The notes under the pieces: generated by a model
Database searches by the model: none
Seen by the model: the letters and a program-made list of their open reading frames with translations, nothing else
Told to the model about the DNA's origin: nothing
In this document: piece after piece, positions 50,779 through 64,000 of the stretch
Layout of the letters: every line of letters starts with the position of its first letter
How positions within the stretch are numbered: position 1 is the first letter of the stretch
Assembly: GCA_965153455.1 (NCBI GenBank)
Contig: OZ234493.1
Span: forward strand, 21,876,213-21,940,212
DNA: 64,000 bases
Reading direction: 5' to 3'
Origin: Sphagnum compactum
Taxonomy: Eukaryota
Position numbers and translations under genes: made by a program

Positions 50779-51354
50779 TTAAGCACTCGTGAACTTGGTG
50801 ACAGCTTTAGTCCCCTCGGAAACAGCATGCTTAGCTAGCTCACCAGGCAACGTCAATCGTACAGCCGTTTGAACCTCACGCGAGGTTATGGTCGGCTTCT
50901 TGTTGTAGCGAGCCAGACGCGCAGCCTCCTGCGCCAGTTTCTCAAAGATATCGTTGACGAAAGAGTTCATGATCCCCATCGCCTTTGATGAAATTCCAGT
51001 GTCGGGATGCACCTAAAGCAAAAGCAAAAAACACACACAAAATCAGAAAGACGGCACCATCGCCAAGACTTCGTAAAAAACCACATAACACTCATGGTCA
51101 ACAACAAGAGATGAAAACAACTGAAAGAGAAGCCAGAACCACAAACACATGCACAGAGTTTCAAAAGCTTCAAATCCACACACCTGCTTCAACACTTTGT
51201 AGATGTAGATCTTGTAAGTCTCTGTGCTCTTTTTCGCCTTCTTCTTCTTGCCGCCTTCCTTCAAAGGCTTCTTCTCCACTTTCGCCTTCACTGGCTTCTT
51301 CTCAGCCCTGGACTTCCCTCCCTTCTGATGAGCTTCAACTGCCTTGGGCGCCAT
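50779..51354 (-). CDS. H2B: Histone H2B (134 aa) with one intron
   Basis: Exon 1 51354-51184 (MAPKA...[13 protein letters not shown]), GT-AG intron 51183-51013, exon 2 51012-50779 ([27 protein letters not shown]...[15 protein letters not shown]). Confidence 0.98.
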
Positions 51355-51537
51355 TGTAACAAAAACAGAGACACAAAACCCCAAAAGCAAAAACGCAATA
51401 CACAACCACAGAGGAAAACCCAAAACTGTGAAAAAAACTGCACTGAATATATCGAGATAGCTGAAGACAAATTGAAACTACCCAAGACGAGATTGCAAGC
51501 AAGAATTCGATGGGATAACGGAGCAGCGCGCTCGAGA

Positions 51538-51675
51538 CTTTATAGCGACGAAGGAGTTCGCGCACAGTGCAGTGTTCGAAGCGCGCGCGAGAGAGAGAGA
51601 GAGAGAAAGTCAATAATTAATAAATTCGAAAATTGCTTCCACCAGTGATTGCTTCACGTGCTCTTCACGCGGATC
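51538..51675 (-). promoter_or_regulatory. H2B core promoter: TATA-like box and plant histone octamer/type II element TCACGCGGATC
   Basis: ctataaag on the minus strand at ~51538-51545; TCACGCGGATC at 51665-51675 contains the CGCGGATC octamer known from plant histone promoters. Confidence 0.75.
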
Positions 51676-52145
51676 GACATCCGACGGACCAGGTTTGATT
51701 CGTGACTTGAGATCGACGATGTGCATGAGGTCTGTTTCCGACGGCTCCGATTATTCCCTCCTAGATTCCGGGATCTCGCGACCTCTCAGAATCGACTCGA
51801 CAATGTGAATACGGTCTGCCTCCGACGGCTACGATTACTTCCGGAGCATCGCGACTTCAGAATGGACGATGTGAATAAGGTCTGCTTTTTTACGGCTCTG
51901 ATTATTTCTTCATAGATTCCGGGATCTCCCAACTTCAGAACGACGATGTGAATAAGGTCTGTTTTTGACGGCTCTGATTATTCCTTCTGATTCCGGGATC
52001 TTGTGACTTGAGAATCGACGATGTGAATCAGGTCTCCGTCCGATCCGACGGTTCCCGATTTCATCCTTGATTCCAGGATCTCGCGACTTCAGATCGACGA
52101 TGTAAACAGGTTCTGTTTCCAACGGCTAAGATTCCGTCCTAGGTT
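51676..52145. repeat. Degenerate ~65-80 bp tandem repeat upstream of H2B with CCGACGG/CCAACGG cores
   Basis: Unit tcgacgatgtgaat..ggtctg..tccgacggct..gatt...attccgggatctcgcgact, about 6 copies. Confidence 0.85.
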
Positions 52146-55100
52146 CTGGGAGCCGGGAAAACCGCGGGAATTGGGCCACGGTTACCCGGTGTTATAGCGG
52201 GTGGGAATGGGGGGGCGGGGGCGGTTGCTGCACGAGAATGTGCTCGCGGGAGTTTCGGATTCGAAAGAAGGCAAGTCGGGTATGTACTATGTACCACTGT
52301 TGTGGAAGGGTATTATTTTCTTGATACCCGCAGGGTAAGTGCATGAACGAATTTTGGGGGGAAGAGTCTGCCTGCCCTCTGGGTAAAAAGGGTACATATA
52401 AATTATAATTTTAAATGGGTCAGAAATGAGTTTTTTTAATTTAATTTTAATTAATTTAATTTGAATTTCCAAGAACAGAAATAAATAACTCAAAATTCAC
52501 ACCTTAGGTCTAAAAATTATGAAATCGCTTCCCTAAAATCAATACCAAGATAGCACCTCAATTTCCCCTAAAAACCTTTAGTTAGTTTTGATTTTATTGG
52601 CCTTGCCTACTACTACCAAGGCAAGGATATCTTGTGTTTAGATTCATTATAGAGTATAGTACCTAGCTTAATGGATTTTGCCCCCCTAGGTAAATAAATA
52701 ATAGGTCTATTTTTTATATGAGTATTTTTTGAAAGTTGATATCTTGGCTTGTGTTGAAACTTGAGATTAAGTTATAATAGAGTTATAATATATTTTGAAG
52801 GATTTTGGTTTCTTTTAGAGAAAATTTTGAAGATTATATTTTTTGCATGGTGAAATATTTGAGTTTCTATAATTCTTCTTCTTTTGCCTTTAAGATAGGT
52901 TTTAATGTAAATGGCCAAGGCCACAATGTGACTGACACACCCCTTTGTTGGATTTTTCGTGAAAATTTGTTCAATATTCGATAACTTTTACCATTGTAGA
53001 CCTCAAAACATTATGAAACCACTTTGGTGCAACCTTCGTTAATTGAGGGTTTTCTAATGGTACCAATTAGTGTAGTGCGAGAAACCCTAATTTGGGAGAT
53101 CTCAATACCTATGACAAACAAAACAAACAAACTACATTACTTAGAGATAGTTATTTTTTGGTTGAAATTTTACCCTCATGGTGCAGGTATGTGATTTCAA
53201 CTATATCATATAAGGGAAGGGTAAATGGGGGTTTTCTTACCCTTATTTTACCCTTGCCTCAATTGTGAAACCTAAGCTACATTTATGTTACTATTTGAAA
53301 TTGAACATTTGAAATATGCAACCATAATTTCTGTTGTCAATATTTTTTCCTTTAGAAAAGTGAAATTTCACATATCTCTATGTAATAATCTTTGTCTCTT
53401 TATGATTGCACATACAACACATTTTAACCTTCATGCACACCATGATTTTGGAGAAAACAAATCAAATATACCATAACATGTCATGAACAAAACAAATTAA
53501 TTTATGTATCAAGCATTCATCTCATTTTGTTAAGTTTATTTTTTGAACAAAAAAGAATTTACTTGGGTTTGGAACAGAGTTCCAAACTCTATTCTAATGT
53601 CATCTAATAAATTTGCTCTATTATCTCCATTTTTTTCTACATTTGACAAATCCACACCCAATCAAAGATCATAAGGTCTTAGGATCATCATGCAAAATGC
53701 ATGGTTGCATTTTGAAAGATTTATTCTAGTGATCCGACCAATTTTTCACACGAACAACAAGGTTATTATGATTACAAGTCTCAAGTCAATAATAGTAAAA
53801 GGATTTGAAAAGAACCATCAATGATCAAACTTGTTCAAGTTGAAATTGGTTACTTGAAATCCTTAAAATTTTGTTTAACCACGAAACATATTGTTGGAGA
53901 CCACATTCTCCTTCCACCATTGAAGATTATTCAATTCGCATGTTTGTGAATTCAATTGTAAATTGAGAAACAGATGAGTGTTTGTTTAACTTACAATCAA
54001 TTCATTCAATAAAAAAAATGTATAAGTTGATTGTTGTTAATGAATTACCATAACATCAATAAAGCATAAAAGCCCTGAACATAATGTGAAGATAGTCATT
54101 TACTTGGACAATTGTAATATGAGTTTCATCATATTCAACACCAAACACAATATCAATGTCATCAATATTTATTGAATTTAATTGTCCACCAACATCAAGC
54201 CCACTTTGTACCCATCATTGAACTACAAATGTTACTTAACATTTAACAAGAGATGGTCATATTCCATGGCAATATTCATTGCTGATGTCAATCACATATT
54301 TTGTAATCAGTGATACATCTTTGAATCAAGGGTCTATGTCATAGACAAAACAAAGATTCAAAGAAAGGATTTCGTAAACTCGAACAAACCATGTTCAAAG
54401 TGCTCAGCATTGTGCACCATATGATTTGGTCCAAGTAAATGAATGTGCTGAGTACTTGACAATGAACAAAAAGGCATGATATAATATTAGGTTTTGATAA
54501 ATGAAAATGCACTACATATGTCACACATTGCATTGGTGGGGTTGAATGGTGATGCCCTCAAATCCTTTTATTTCTACTATGTCATAGAACTATCTTTTTT
54601 TAAAAATTGCAAATTAATGTCAGGCATCAAATATTACACATCATGTTGAAGAATTTGCTTTCATTGAGTGTTATCTAGGTGGTTGCTAATTGATTTTTCA
54701 ATCAACATCCCTATATCTATGTTTAAGATTGCATTAAATTTAATATTCTTTGTTTCTCATCATCTTCCTCTAGCAAATGTTGGGAGTTAAAGGTTTTCGT
54801 TGTAAAGGTTATGAATATGTTTTTTACTTCTTCACTTTTTTCTATAAAGTGTGCCATTGTGCAATAGTGAAAGCCTTGAACTTTAACTTATATTTACAAC
54901 AATCCTATCCACCTTGTTGAGTTTAGGGTTCATATCCTTGCCCTTCAAACATTTTTTTGGTTGTAACTTTGCTCAAGGTTTAAATGTTTTCCCCATTGTA
55001 GTTCCCTTGGTTACTACTCTAGTTCAATTAAAATTGTGCATTTGAGGTGGTTTTCTAGTGATGGTTCTAGAATTTTGAATTGGGATGGCATCGCTTCTAA

Positions 55101-58100
55101 GTTTACAATCTCTTGAATGTTCTATAATGGTATAGGCCACATGTTAGTTATTTTGGTGCAATATGCTTTGAGAAACTTGTTTCTATTTGTACACAAATTT
55201 AGCAAATTCAAGTTGGACATCTAATGATACAAATATTGTGCAATTTGTAGCATTTTAACAATATTTTGGACTATATTTTACTTCCCCAACATCATCATTT
55301 TTTATCCACACAACTTTTTTTAGGTCACTTTCTGCTAACCTCATTTCAAGGTTTTTCATCGTCCCAATGGAATAATTCTCTTTGTTCACAAGTATCAAGA
55401 AACATTATTGTTAAAATAGAAAAATGCATTAATGTGTTATTGTAATAGTAGGATAATTAAGAATTACCTGAAGTAAGGTCGGTATGTTTATCTACCTTCC
55501 TATAATTTGGGGGAATTTGTAATAGTGTTTATGGGAAAGAAATTAAGAGATTTTAGGATCCAACCCATGGGTAATTGTCATTTATTTCAGTGATGGTTAG
55601 CTACCTAAAGGAGGGTTTTGATTAGGATAAAGGGAAGTGGAGTTATTTGAATGAAGGAGCCTAGGAGTTTGTGTGTGTGTGTGTGGTTTTGTGGGAGTGT
55701 GAAAGAAGATGTTGCAACACCAATAGAATAGCTTATCAATGTGCTAATAATGGACTTCAATTGTACTTGTGTGTTTTTTTGTTGGAACTAAATTATAAGG
55801 GTGATATTTGGTGTAAAAATTTAATTTATCACTAAGTTATAGCTTGTGAATGAGGTTTGAATGTGTTTTTCTTATGTTGTTGTAATACTACAATAAATTA
55901 GAACTCAATATTTATTTGTTTCTTCAAGTTTTTTTGTTTATTTCCTCAAGTTACTTGATTTCAAACTAGTTTAACTATTTTTGTTAATGTCACTACTACT
56001 ATAATTGTATTACTATAGTTGAACTCTAGATTGGCAATCATAGAAATACTTTTGTCTTTCTTTTATAATTTTTTTTCTTAAATAATTTCTTCCCAAGAAG
56101 AACTATTGTTATGTTTGCAACTTTATTGGGCCTTGGGAAAGAGGGTTTTTCAAGTGTCTAGCCCAAAATGTGCCTTTCATAAAGAACTTGACATGTGGTT
56201 GATCTAGGTTGAATTTTACAACATTAGCCCATGTAGAAAAGCAAGCTTGCAAGTCATCTTGCAAGAATCGTAACTCACAACAATAGTGGCCCTTGCAACT
56301 AATTACAAAGGCAAATGATTCCATGGTTGATGACTTCATTTTTGAAATATATTTAAAGAATGCATTAAAGTTGCACCACGTTAGAGAAGGGGCCTCCTTT
56401 TGAAGAAATCTTTGTAAGCCAAGAATATCATGGTGGAAAATTGCAATGGAAATAAAGCACATAGCACTTAAGCTTTTTTTCCAACATGAAAGGAAATTTT
56501 TGCATGAGGAGCAATTTTTATTCGCCTTTTGTCTAAGCATTCAACAACAATAACATAAGAAATAGTCCAATAACAAGAGGATAATGCAACAACCAAATGA
56601 ACATTAAGTTGCCTACATGCCAAAAAATTGCTTATTAATGGCATGATTTTGGTTGTTTTTCAACGCTATGGAATTAATTTCACTATTGCCCAAAGTTTTA
56701 GGAAACTTTTTGCAACATGGGTAGGTCAACCTAGGAAAGGTATACAAGATGATTCCTATTTATAACATGATTGTGTAGATCATGAAATAGTTGCCTTTTT
56801 CTTTTCCTATTGACTAAGTTGGAAGTAGTAATAAAAGGCAAGCCAAAATGGTTGATGATTTGTTAAACGTCTTGGCAATTATAAAGCAATTGGGGAAGTT
56901 CAATCCTTAACTAGGTTTTTGAGAAAGTCTTTTACATTTTTCAGGCTTCAACTCAGATGTTCCAAAAGAGGCATGTTTGTTTTCTATGAACTTGGGGCCA
57001 ATAATGGTTCATTGTGTTGGAAATTTCAGGTGGAGGTAGCATATGACATCTGCTAATGCAAAGCTTGTCATTGCATGAGCATGCAAAGTTATGGATAACA
57101 CTATTCATTAGTCCCATCTCAAATTTAACCTGATCAAATTTCACCTTTTCTTATCTACATGACAATTGAATCCAAAAATATTTTGCAAAAAATCATTCAA
57201 CCATGTCATCACATTCAAAAAACATATGTTACATCCACAAGTTGTGCAAATATTCATATCATGTATTTGTAAAACTTTCATTAGGATATGTTCTTACATA
57301 TGAGAGCCCTTGGCATGAATTAGTTTCTTCTCAAACTTTTTGGGCCACTTATTATTACTAAAAACAACATCCAAAATTTGAACCATTTAACAATGTTTGG
57401 ATTCAACCAAAATGGCCATCCTATAAAAGGTGTGACCACCAAATGTGGGAAAATTTTAACCAAATATAAAGCACAATTGTTTAATTTATGTTTTGTACTT
57501 CTAACCACTTATTAAAAACAATAAGGGCTTTTATTTTGGGAAATTTCATTTTCTTCTTTGACAATTTTAGGGTTGCTTCTTCACACATGAAAAGCCCTTG
57601 GTCTTTGAATGGCTCATTACTTTTATAAGTGTGATTGGAAATAGATGTTCTTCTATAATAATTGTATTAGGCAAGACAAATGTAAATGAAAAGATCCTAT
57701 CATTGTTGTTAACTTTTGGCACATGTTTCTACAAAAAAACACACATGACTTTGTTTTGATTTGAAGATACCTCTTTTCATGGATGTGTAAACCTCTTTTC
57801 ATTTGTATGAACAATATTTCTAGTTATTTGAAATGCCCATCTCAATGATGTCAACCTCTTTTCATTTGTATGGGCAATATAATTTTGATTTGTTTGAAAA
57901 GAGCTTAATCTTGATGGTGTGGGCTAACAATTAGTTTTTTAAAACCAATTTTTTACTTTGAAGCCTTGGTCCCATAGGTTACATGATGAAAATATTTCAA
58001 AAGGAGTAATTGCATTGCTACCAATTATGTTTAATTGAAGATTTTTGGCAATTTAGTCCAAAGGGGAGATTCCAGGTGTTTCAAGAAGTTGAATGAAAAA

Positions 58101-61100
58101 AATTCAAAGTCATACACCTCTATACCCAACCCTATTGTATATCAATTCACGTTTCATAGACAAGTAGCTACAAGTCAAGGTGGATCAATCTTTTGGAAGA
58201 TATATAAAACACTCCACATTAGTAAATTTTCTAATGTTAAATTCTAGTGTGAAATTGGAATATTTTGATCAATTGAAGGAGCTGCCCACCTAGACACCTC
58301 TTTAACACACATCTCACAAAAAAACATTGAATACTAATAAACTAAACTAGGGACTTTGAAAAAAGAACTCATCACAAGTCCATAAAAAAAATTTGGTTAA
58401 TTTTTTTCTAATAAAGTTTTTGGAACTACTATATCATATATTTAGTCCCTATAACATGTTCAAAATGAAATTGATAATCAAAAGTGCTTTTATATGTAAT
58501 TGCAAGGTGTTATAATTCTCCATATGTAGTTACTTCAAAAGTCCAATTTCTATATGTTTGGTGTATATTTGTGACATAGTATTATTATGTATGTGTTTAA
58601 TTTCAAGTTGACAATCTAAATCCATTTGAAGAAATGGCATATTGATAATTTTATGTTTGTTTCATATCAATAGATTGCACCCTACACAAAAAAATAATAA
58701 TGTAATGCAAAAAATGATTTACCTTAACTTGCATCTACCCAAAGTTGATATATAAAATTATAAGTGATTAAATGTGTATTGTAAATCTTTTTGTTTGGTT
58801 TATGACCACACCTTAACCATCTTGAACCTTGGGGCCCCTTGTTGCACTTTTCATATCATTGAAAAGCTCATGGTGAGGTGGTTTGGGCAATTGTCAATTC
58901 ATAGTTCGTGACCAATGGAACAAAAGTTATTGAATTTAAACTGATTTTCATCATTGAAAATTGTTTTAAATCACAAATTTGGTTTCTTCAAGCAAGCAAT
59001 GCCTCCTCATCACATTGGCACTTGAATTCACATTTGCTGGCTTCATGTCATTATATATATATATAAGTTTTAGTTGAAAACATGAAAACCAATGAATGAA
59101 GGTGATTATGTGATTAAAAAATTCATGCATGAAATGTTTGAATTTAGTTTAAAAACACATCAACAAACATCTAAATACCAAATCACATTTCAAAATAATG
59201 AAACCCATGTTTGGCACTCATGACATCAAAAGAGATAGTGAACATTTGGGTTTGCCTCCATGCTAAAAAATGATACAAAGAAAAAAAAAGATTTTGGAGT
59301 TCCAAAATAAAAAGAACAAAATGTGCATTGCAACCCAATTACTAAGTGGACCATTCAAAATTGTTGCAGCTTTATGAATCCTTTCAAATTTCTTTATGTC
59401 CTTTCAAATTTCTTTTTGAATCTTTGTGTTTTTCCAATTTTATACACATGTTTACATGTAATTTCATACAAATGTAAATGTGTTATTTCATTTGAATATG
59501 TTCAGATTATTTCAAGAGATTTAACATTTTAATTTTCCTGTGAGATTAAGCTAGTTTCCAATAAAAACTTCTCCCTTAAATACCTAATTCAAGGATTTAA
59601 TACCCACTTGCTTAGCTGATTCAATGTTTATCCACCCTAATTACTTCCAAAATTTTTGATGAATTAAAAACATGGGTGACTAATCAAATCTCCCCTTCGA
59701 TGATAATTGAATGATCTTTTGTAGAATTTGCATCCTATATATATACATATTGGAAGATAACAAAGTTTTCAAATGGAAACCCTTATTTCTTTTTTGTCAT
59801 TTCATTGTCACTCGTAGTGCGTAACAATGTGGAGCCCAAGTTGATGGACTAACAACTAATACCTATTGCAAGCCTCTTGTACATATGTTATATATATTTT
59901 TAATATCTATTATTAATGTATAACCCATATTGATTATATTTGAATTTTTGATAATAAACATATTCCTATAAGGGATGCGTTGCTCCAAAGCAATTCAATC
60001 ATCCCATAATTGCAACATCTACAAGATGTGAAGTGATGCGGAGAGATGAGCTTTGCAATCGAAGAGGGAGAACAGTACATGTGCAATTGAGCAAAACAAA
60101 GACTTCCAATCTCTGATTGAACAAGAAGACAACCAAATCCCAATCCAAAAACGCAACATACCAACTATTCCGTTGTGGATCTACAAACAACAAGACATAT
60201 GCAACAGAAGGCAACACACAACCAACTAGTGCATGAGTATGTGATCACCAACTCGTGACCAACTCGTGACATTTGAGGAAAGAAAAAGTGGTTCATACTG
60301 TTTCGAGGGCTAGAAAGGGTTAGTACGATTGATTTCTGAGGTGCAAAGGAAAAGATACAAAGGCAGGTATAAATGTAATTAGCAAGGTTCTGATGAATTC
60401 CTGTTAGACAAGGCAGCTGATGTCTATAATGATATAGAACAAGTGAAGACTCATGCAATTGAAAGCAGCATAGACATGACTGTACACACAACAGTAGTCT
60501 CTGTCTCTGTCTCTGTCTCTGTGTGTGTCTCTCTCTGAATTTCAGACAACAAGTGCTGTACTATCATCACAGTTATCAGTAAGGGTTTGTCAATTGGTAT
60601 AGTAAAAGTACATAATTGCTATCAGTGCATATCCATCAAAACCTGGGCTAGGACTGACTTCCCCCTAAAACCACAAATTTGACGCTAGAATTTTTGCTTG
60701 CAGTAGGGGAACTAGAAGCGAGTAATTTCACCTATTCTTTTGTTGAGACATAAATCAGTTTGTAAGCACTTGCATGGCCACCTCCAAGAAATGGCATAAA
60801 CCCATAGCTGCAATTGTGAGCATACCCTTGAGCACCTTCCTGCGGTGAAAAAAGTGACTCATAATCACAAATCAGTGCTAGATTTAGACAAATCGGGCTT
60901 GAAAGGTTTATAATAATCTCAAGAGCCAGAAGCAAAAAGCCTTTTAGCACATCGATGGCATGTGCTTCATGTAAGATCTCTGTCCATCACCTTGTGGGTG
61001 TTTTGCACTTGAATTCTGCATCCAGTGGCACTGTCCTTGAAGGTGTACCCCATGCAAAGATGCAAATGCAGATACAAGTATGTTTTTGAGGACAAAGCCT

Positions 61101-61306
61101 GAAGCTCCTTCCCTCTAACCCAAATTCCCCCAATGTGGGCAAATGATACAAACTGGCTGAGAAGGAAAAAATATAGCTAGAATGGTTGCCTTGTCATGCA
61201 TTATCTTCCCACCAATGACATTGCTGACCAGGGACTCAGGATTTCTACAAAAATTTGAAGTCTGATGACAATATCAATACCACATCCCTGTGGACGGAGA
61301 ACCCTG

Positions 61307-64000
61307 CTATCCCTTGTCATCTTTGCTGTCTTGGTGACATGTAGAAATCTGAACTTCAGAAGTGGGCTTCGACTTTGTTGTTGCAGAACCAGCTGCATCT
61401 ACACCGGGAATGAATTGCTCCAGCACTTGCTGAAGCTTGGTAAACGTCACTGGCTTGGCTATAAATGAGTCCATTCCATGTGAATAACAGTCTGACACAT
61501 TGTCTGCCAGTGCATTGGCTGTCATCTGTTCCAACAAAGCAAGTGTTACACATCTCCTATTCTTCAAGTAATTCTATCATCTCTTCAAGCCTCCAAAGCC
61601 GCATTACCAAATGGACTTATTCAAATGTCTTCAGCCCTTGCTTTATCCATGATAGTCCAATTTACAGATAGATTTGGTTGGTCCATGGCTATTTCGTTCC
61701 CCAGTTATCAAGTTGGGAAGTAATGTACTATTCCACACAAGTTTGAATTTATCACTCACAAAGCAATCAGTAACACTAAGGATTGGTTGCTTCCGAAAGC
61801 CAAAAAACCAGAGAAGTTAGTGATAGTAGACATACAGCTATGATTGGAGTTCTTCGTCGTGGCACATTCTGAGGAGGTGCTGCATCTGCAAATTGTGCAT
61901 CAGGCAGAAACCCACCAGAATCCCCTCCCATCATTCTCTTAACTTCCTCATCTGCATCAAGCCATGATCCTGTCTCTTCATATCTGCGGATGCGCCTTGT
62001 TGCCTCCAGCCCGTCCATTACTGGCATGCACACATCCTGCACACCCACCACCAAGGCTATTCATCCGTAAACTTTGACAGGATGTTTCAACACACAACCT
62101 AGACATTCTACCCACTAGTCAAGATGGAAGAGAACTGCAGGAGCAAAGAGACTTACCATCAAAATGAGATCATACGAATTCCGTTGAAGTGCCTGAATGG
62201 CGTCTGCCCCATTGTTTGCAACCTCAAGCACATGCCCAAGCTTTGTTAGCATTGACTGAGCCACCATTACATTCACTTTGTTGTCCTCAGCCAGAAGGAT
62301 TCTTGATGGTTTTGGCTGACTCCCAGAGCCTTGTGAGAAAAACCCCTCCCTCTCACCCTCTGACCCCTTTGTCATGTTTTTTTTCAACCCCCTTACTGGA
62401 CCTGTCTGAGATGGAGACTTTGCTAGTGATGTTTGTCCTATTGGACGCTGGTTTTCACTGCTTCTAGTTCCCACAGGATCTGAGGATTGGCTACAGACGT
62501 TATTTCCTGTGCTTGTGCTACTTGTCCTTGACTCAGGCTCTTCCTCTGGTCTATTAACAAACAGTTGAGGCTTTGTAAGACTTGACCGATCAGATTTAAT
62601 TGCACCTGCTCTACGACCATCCATTCTAGCTCTGGGCAAAGGACCTAAACTTGGTTTTCCAACTGTAACAACACGTTCAGTATCAGATCTAATTGTCCGT
62701 GGGGCATTTGATGAAGGCATGTAGCGACCATCTGTAGCAGGGGAGACAACTGTGGAAGTAGGTCTTCTACTTTCAGAGCGGGAGGATCGAGGTCGTGTTG
62801 AAGTAGGGTAGCCACTTGCTGAGAAATCAGGGTAGCCACTTGTTTTTCTAAAGCTAGAATAGTCTTGGGTTTTTCTACCAGAACTCCGTTCTTGCTCATT
62901 GGACATCATGCCATATACATTATCATTTGCTTTTCCAGAGCTGCTGCTTGGCTTCTGCTCTGCAACTTGAAGTGGCAATGTAAACGAAAATGTGGAGCCT
63001 TCATTCACTTTACTGCGGACAGTTATACTCCCTCCCATCAACTCAACCTACATCTCCACAAGATGACTCAGCACCGATCCATCCATCACACCATCACAGT
63101 GTCTTTCATTAAGAAACATTGCCAATTTGAATTCACAAAGACAATTCCTGAAACTACACATTTAGCTTGATCAAAAGACTGATCTGTGAGGTTGCAAAGA
63201 AAACTCCAAAACAAATCTTTGAAGCTAACACAACACCAAGTGCAGACATACCCATATGAGAGTCACCCACAAAGCGTCAGCTGGCTCAAAAGATGGCACA
63301 GTATATCTTCATTCGCAAAATGCACACATCTGGGATCCTGGTCATTTTTCAAAGATAGATTGTGGGAAGGAAATAGCACCGATATTTACCAAATTCTTGC
63401 AGATTGCTAAGCCCAGACCTGTTCCACCATACTGACGTGCATGTGTGGTGCTTGCCTGTGTGTATTTCTCAAACAACTTTGGAAGTGCTGCTTCTGCAAA
63501 AACACACCAAACATGTTGTCATCAAGATGACAGATGAACCCTTCGCCAATGGTATAACTAAACCTTCTTGTGAAATGCACACTCCATGATGGCACTAAGT
63601 AGGTCCATTCCAACAAATGAGATTCTGGGATAGTCCAACCCTAGAAAATGTTGATCTTTTGATGCATGCAGATCTGCTACCTCTAAGGTCCTCAACCCTC
63701 CTGCAACTTAAGGAAGCTAAGATGTGTGAATTGGCTGCTTGATCACCTTGGAGCAGTGGATACGTGTGCCATGATTTAGTGGCCAAGAGAAAAGGGTAAA
63801 ATTTTGTTTCAGTATTTTCTTCCTAAATGTTCCAGAGTGTCAGGGTTGATACCTGGAATACCAATCCCAGTGTCACACACTTCACATTGGAGCCAGATAG
63901 TTTCTCTGGTACTTTCAACAGTTTCCAAAGAAGTGGATGCTGAACTTGATTCTTCATGCCTGTCCTCCTTGCCTGTCTCAACAGACATTGCAGTTCGTTG
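61307..64000 (-). CDS. AHK5: Hybrid histidine kinase, AHK5/CKI2-like (3' part: HATPase end + receiver domain)
   Basis: Exons >64000-63853 ([14 protein letters not shown]), 63493-63390 (LFEKYTQA...[12 protein letters not shown]), 63047-62157 (VELMGG...GSTFSF...[10 protein letters not shown]...DLILM), 62036-61836 ([14 protein letters not shown]...YEETGSW...PIIA), 61525-61307 (MTANA...[10 protein letters not shown]). The gene continues beyond the window. Confidence 0.93.

Noticed and set aside
52500-59900. AT-rich region with short ORFs (e.g. 56109-56540), possibly decayed DNA-transposon coding remnants
   Set aside because: No motif I can identify with confidence; too degraded to call.
60497-60536. 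(TCTGTC)n/(TG)n/(TC)n microsatellite
   Set aside because: Ordinary simple repeat.

Overview
Eukaryotic, intron-rich, AT-rich land-plant genomic DNA. It is almost certainly from a plant with flagellated sperm, since it carries a radial spoke protein 3 gene. The overall style suggests a moss such as Sphagnum, but that is inference. The right third holds conserved genes: annexin (+), RSP3 (+), an intron-containing histone H2B (-) and the 3' part of an AHK5-like hybrid histidine kinase (-). The left 40 kb is a dynamic locus with three paralogous copies of a Pelle/RLK-type pseudokinase exon cassette that lacks HRD and DFG. Copy 1 is a pseudogene truncated by a ~13.6 kb Mutator-like element. Copy 2 splices in frame from a 56-aa tandem-repeat exon. 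Copy 3 splices in frame into a 575-codon exon encoding an unknown domain, an Asp-Pro-Pro linker and a beta-rich domain with a candidate beta-pore-forming hairpin. The MULE carries a decayed transposase, a convergent accessory gene with a C2H2 zinc finger, dozens of copies of a GGTATTGCA motif and palindromic hairpin arrays at both ends, reminiscent of VANDAL-type anti-silencing. All gene models were reconstructed by eye from splice sites and exon phase; no database searches were run.
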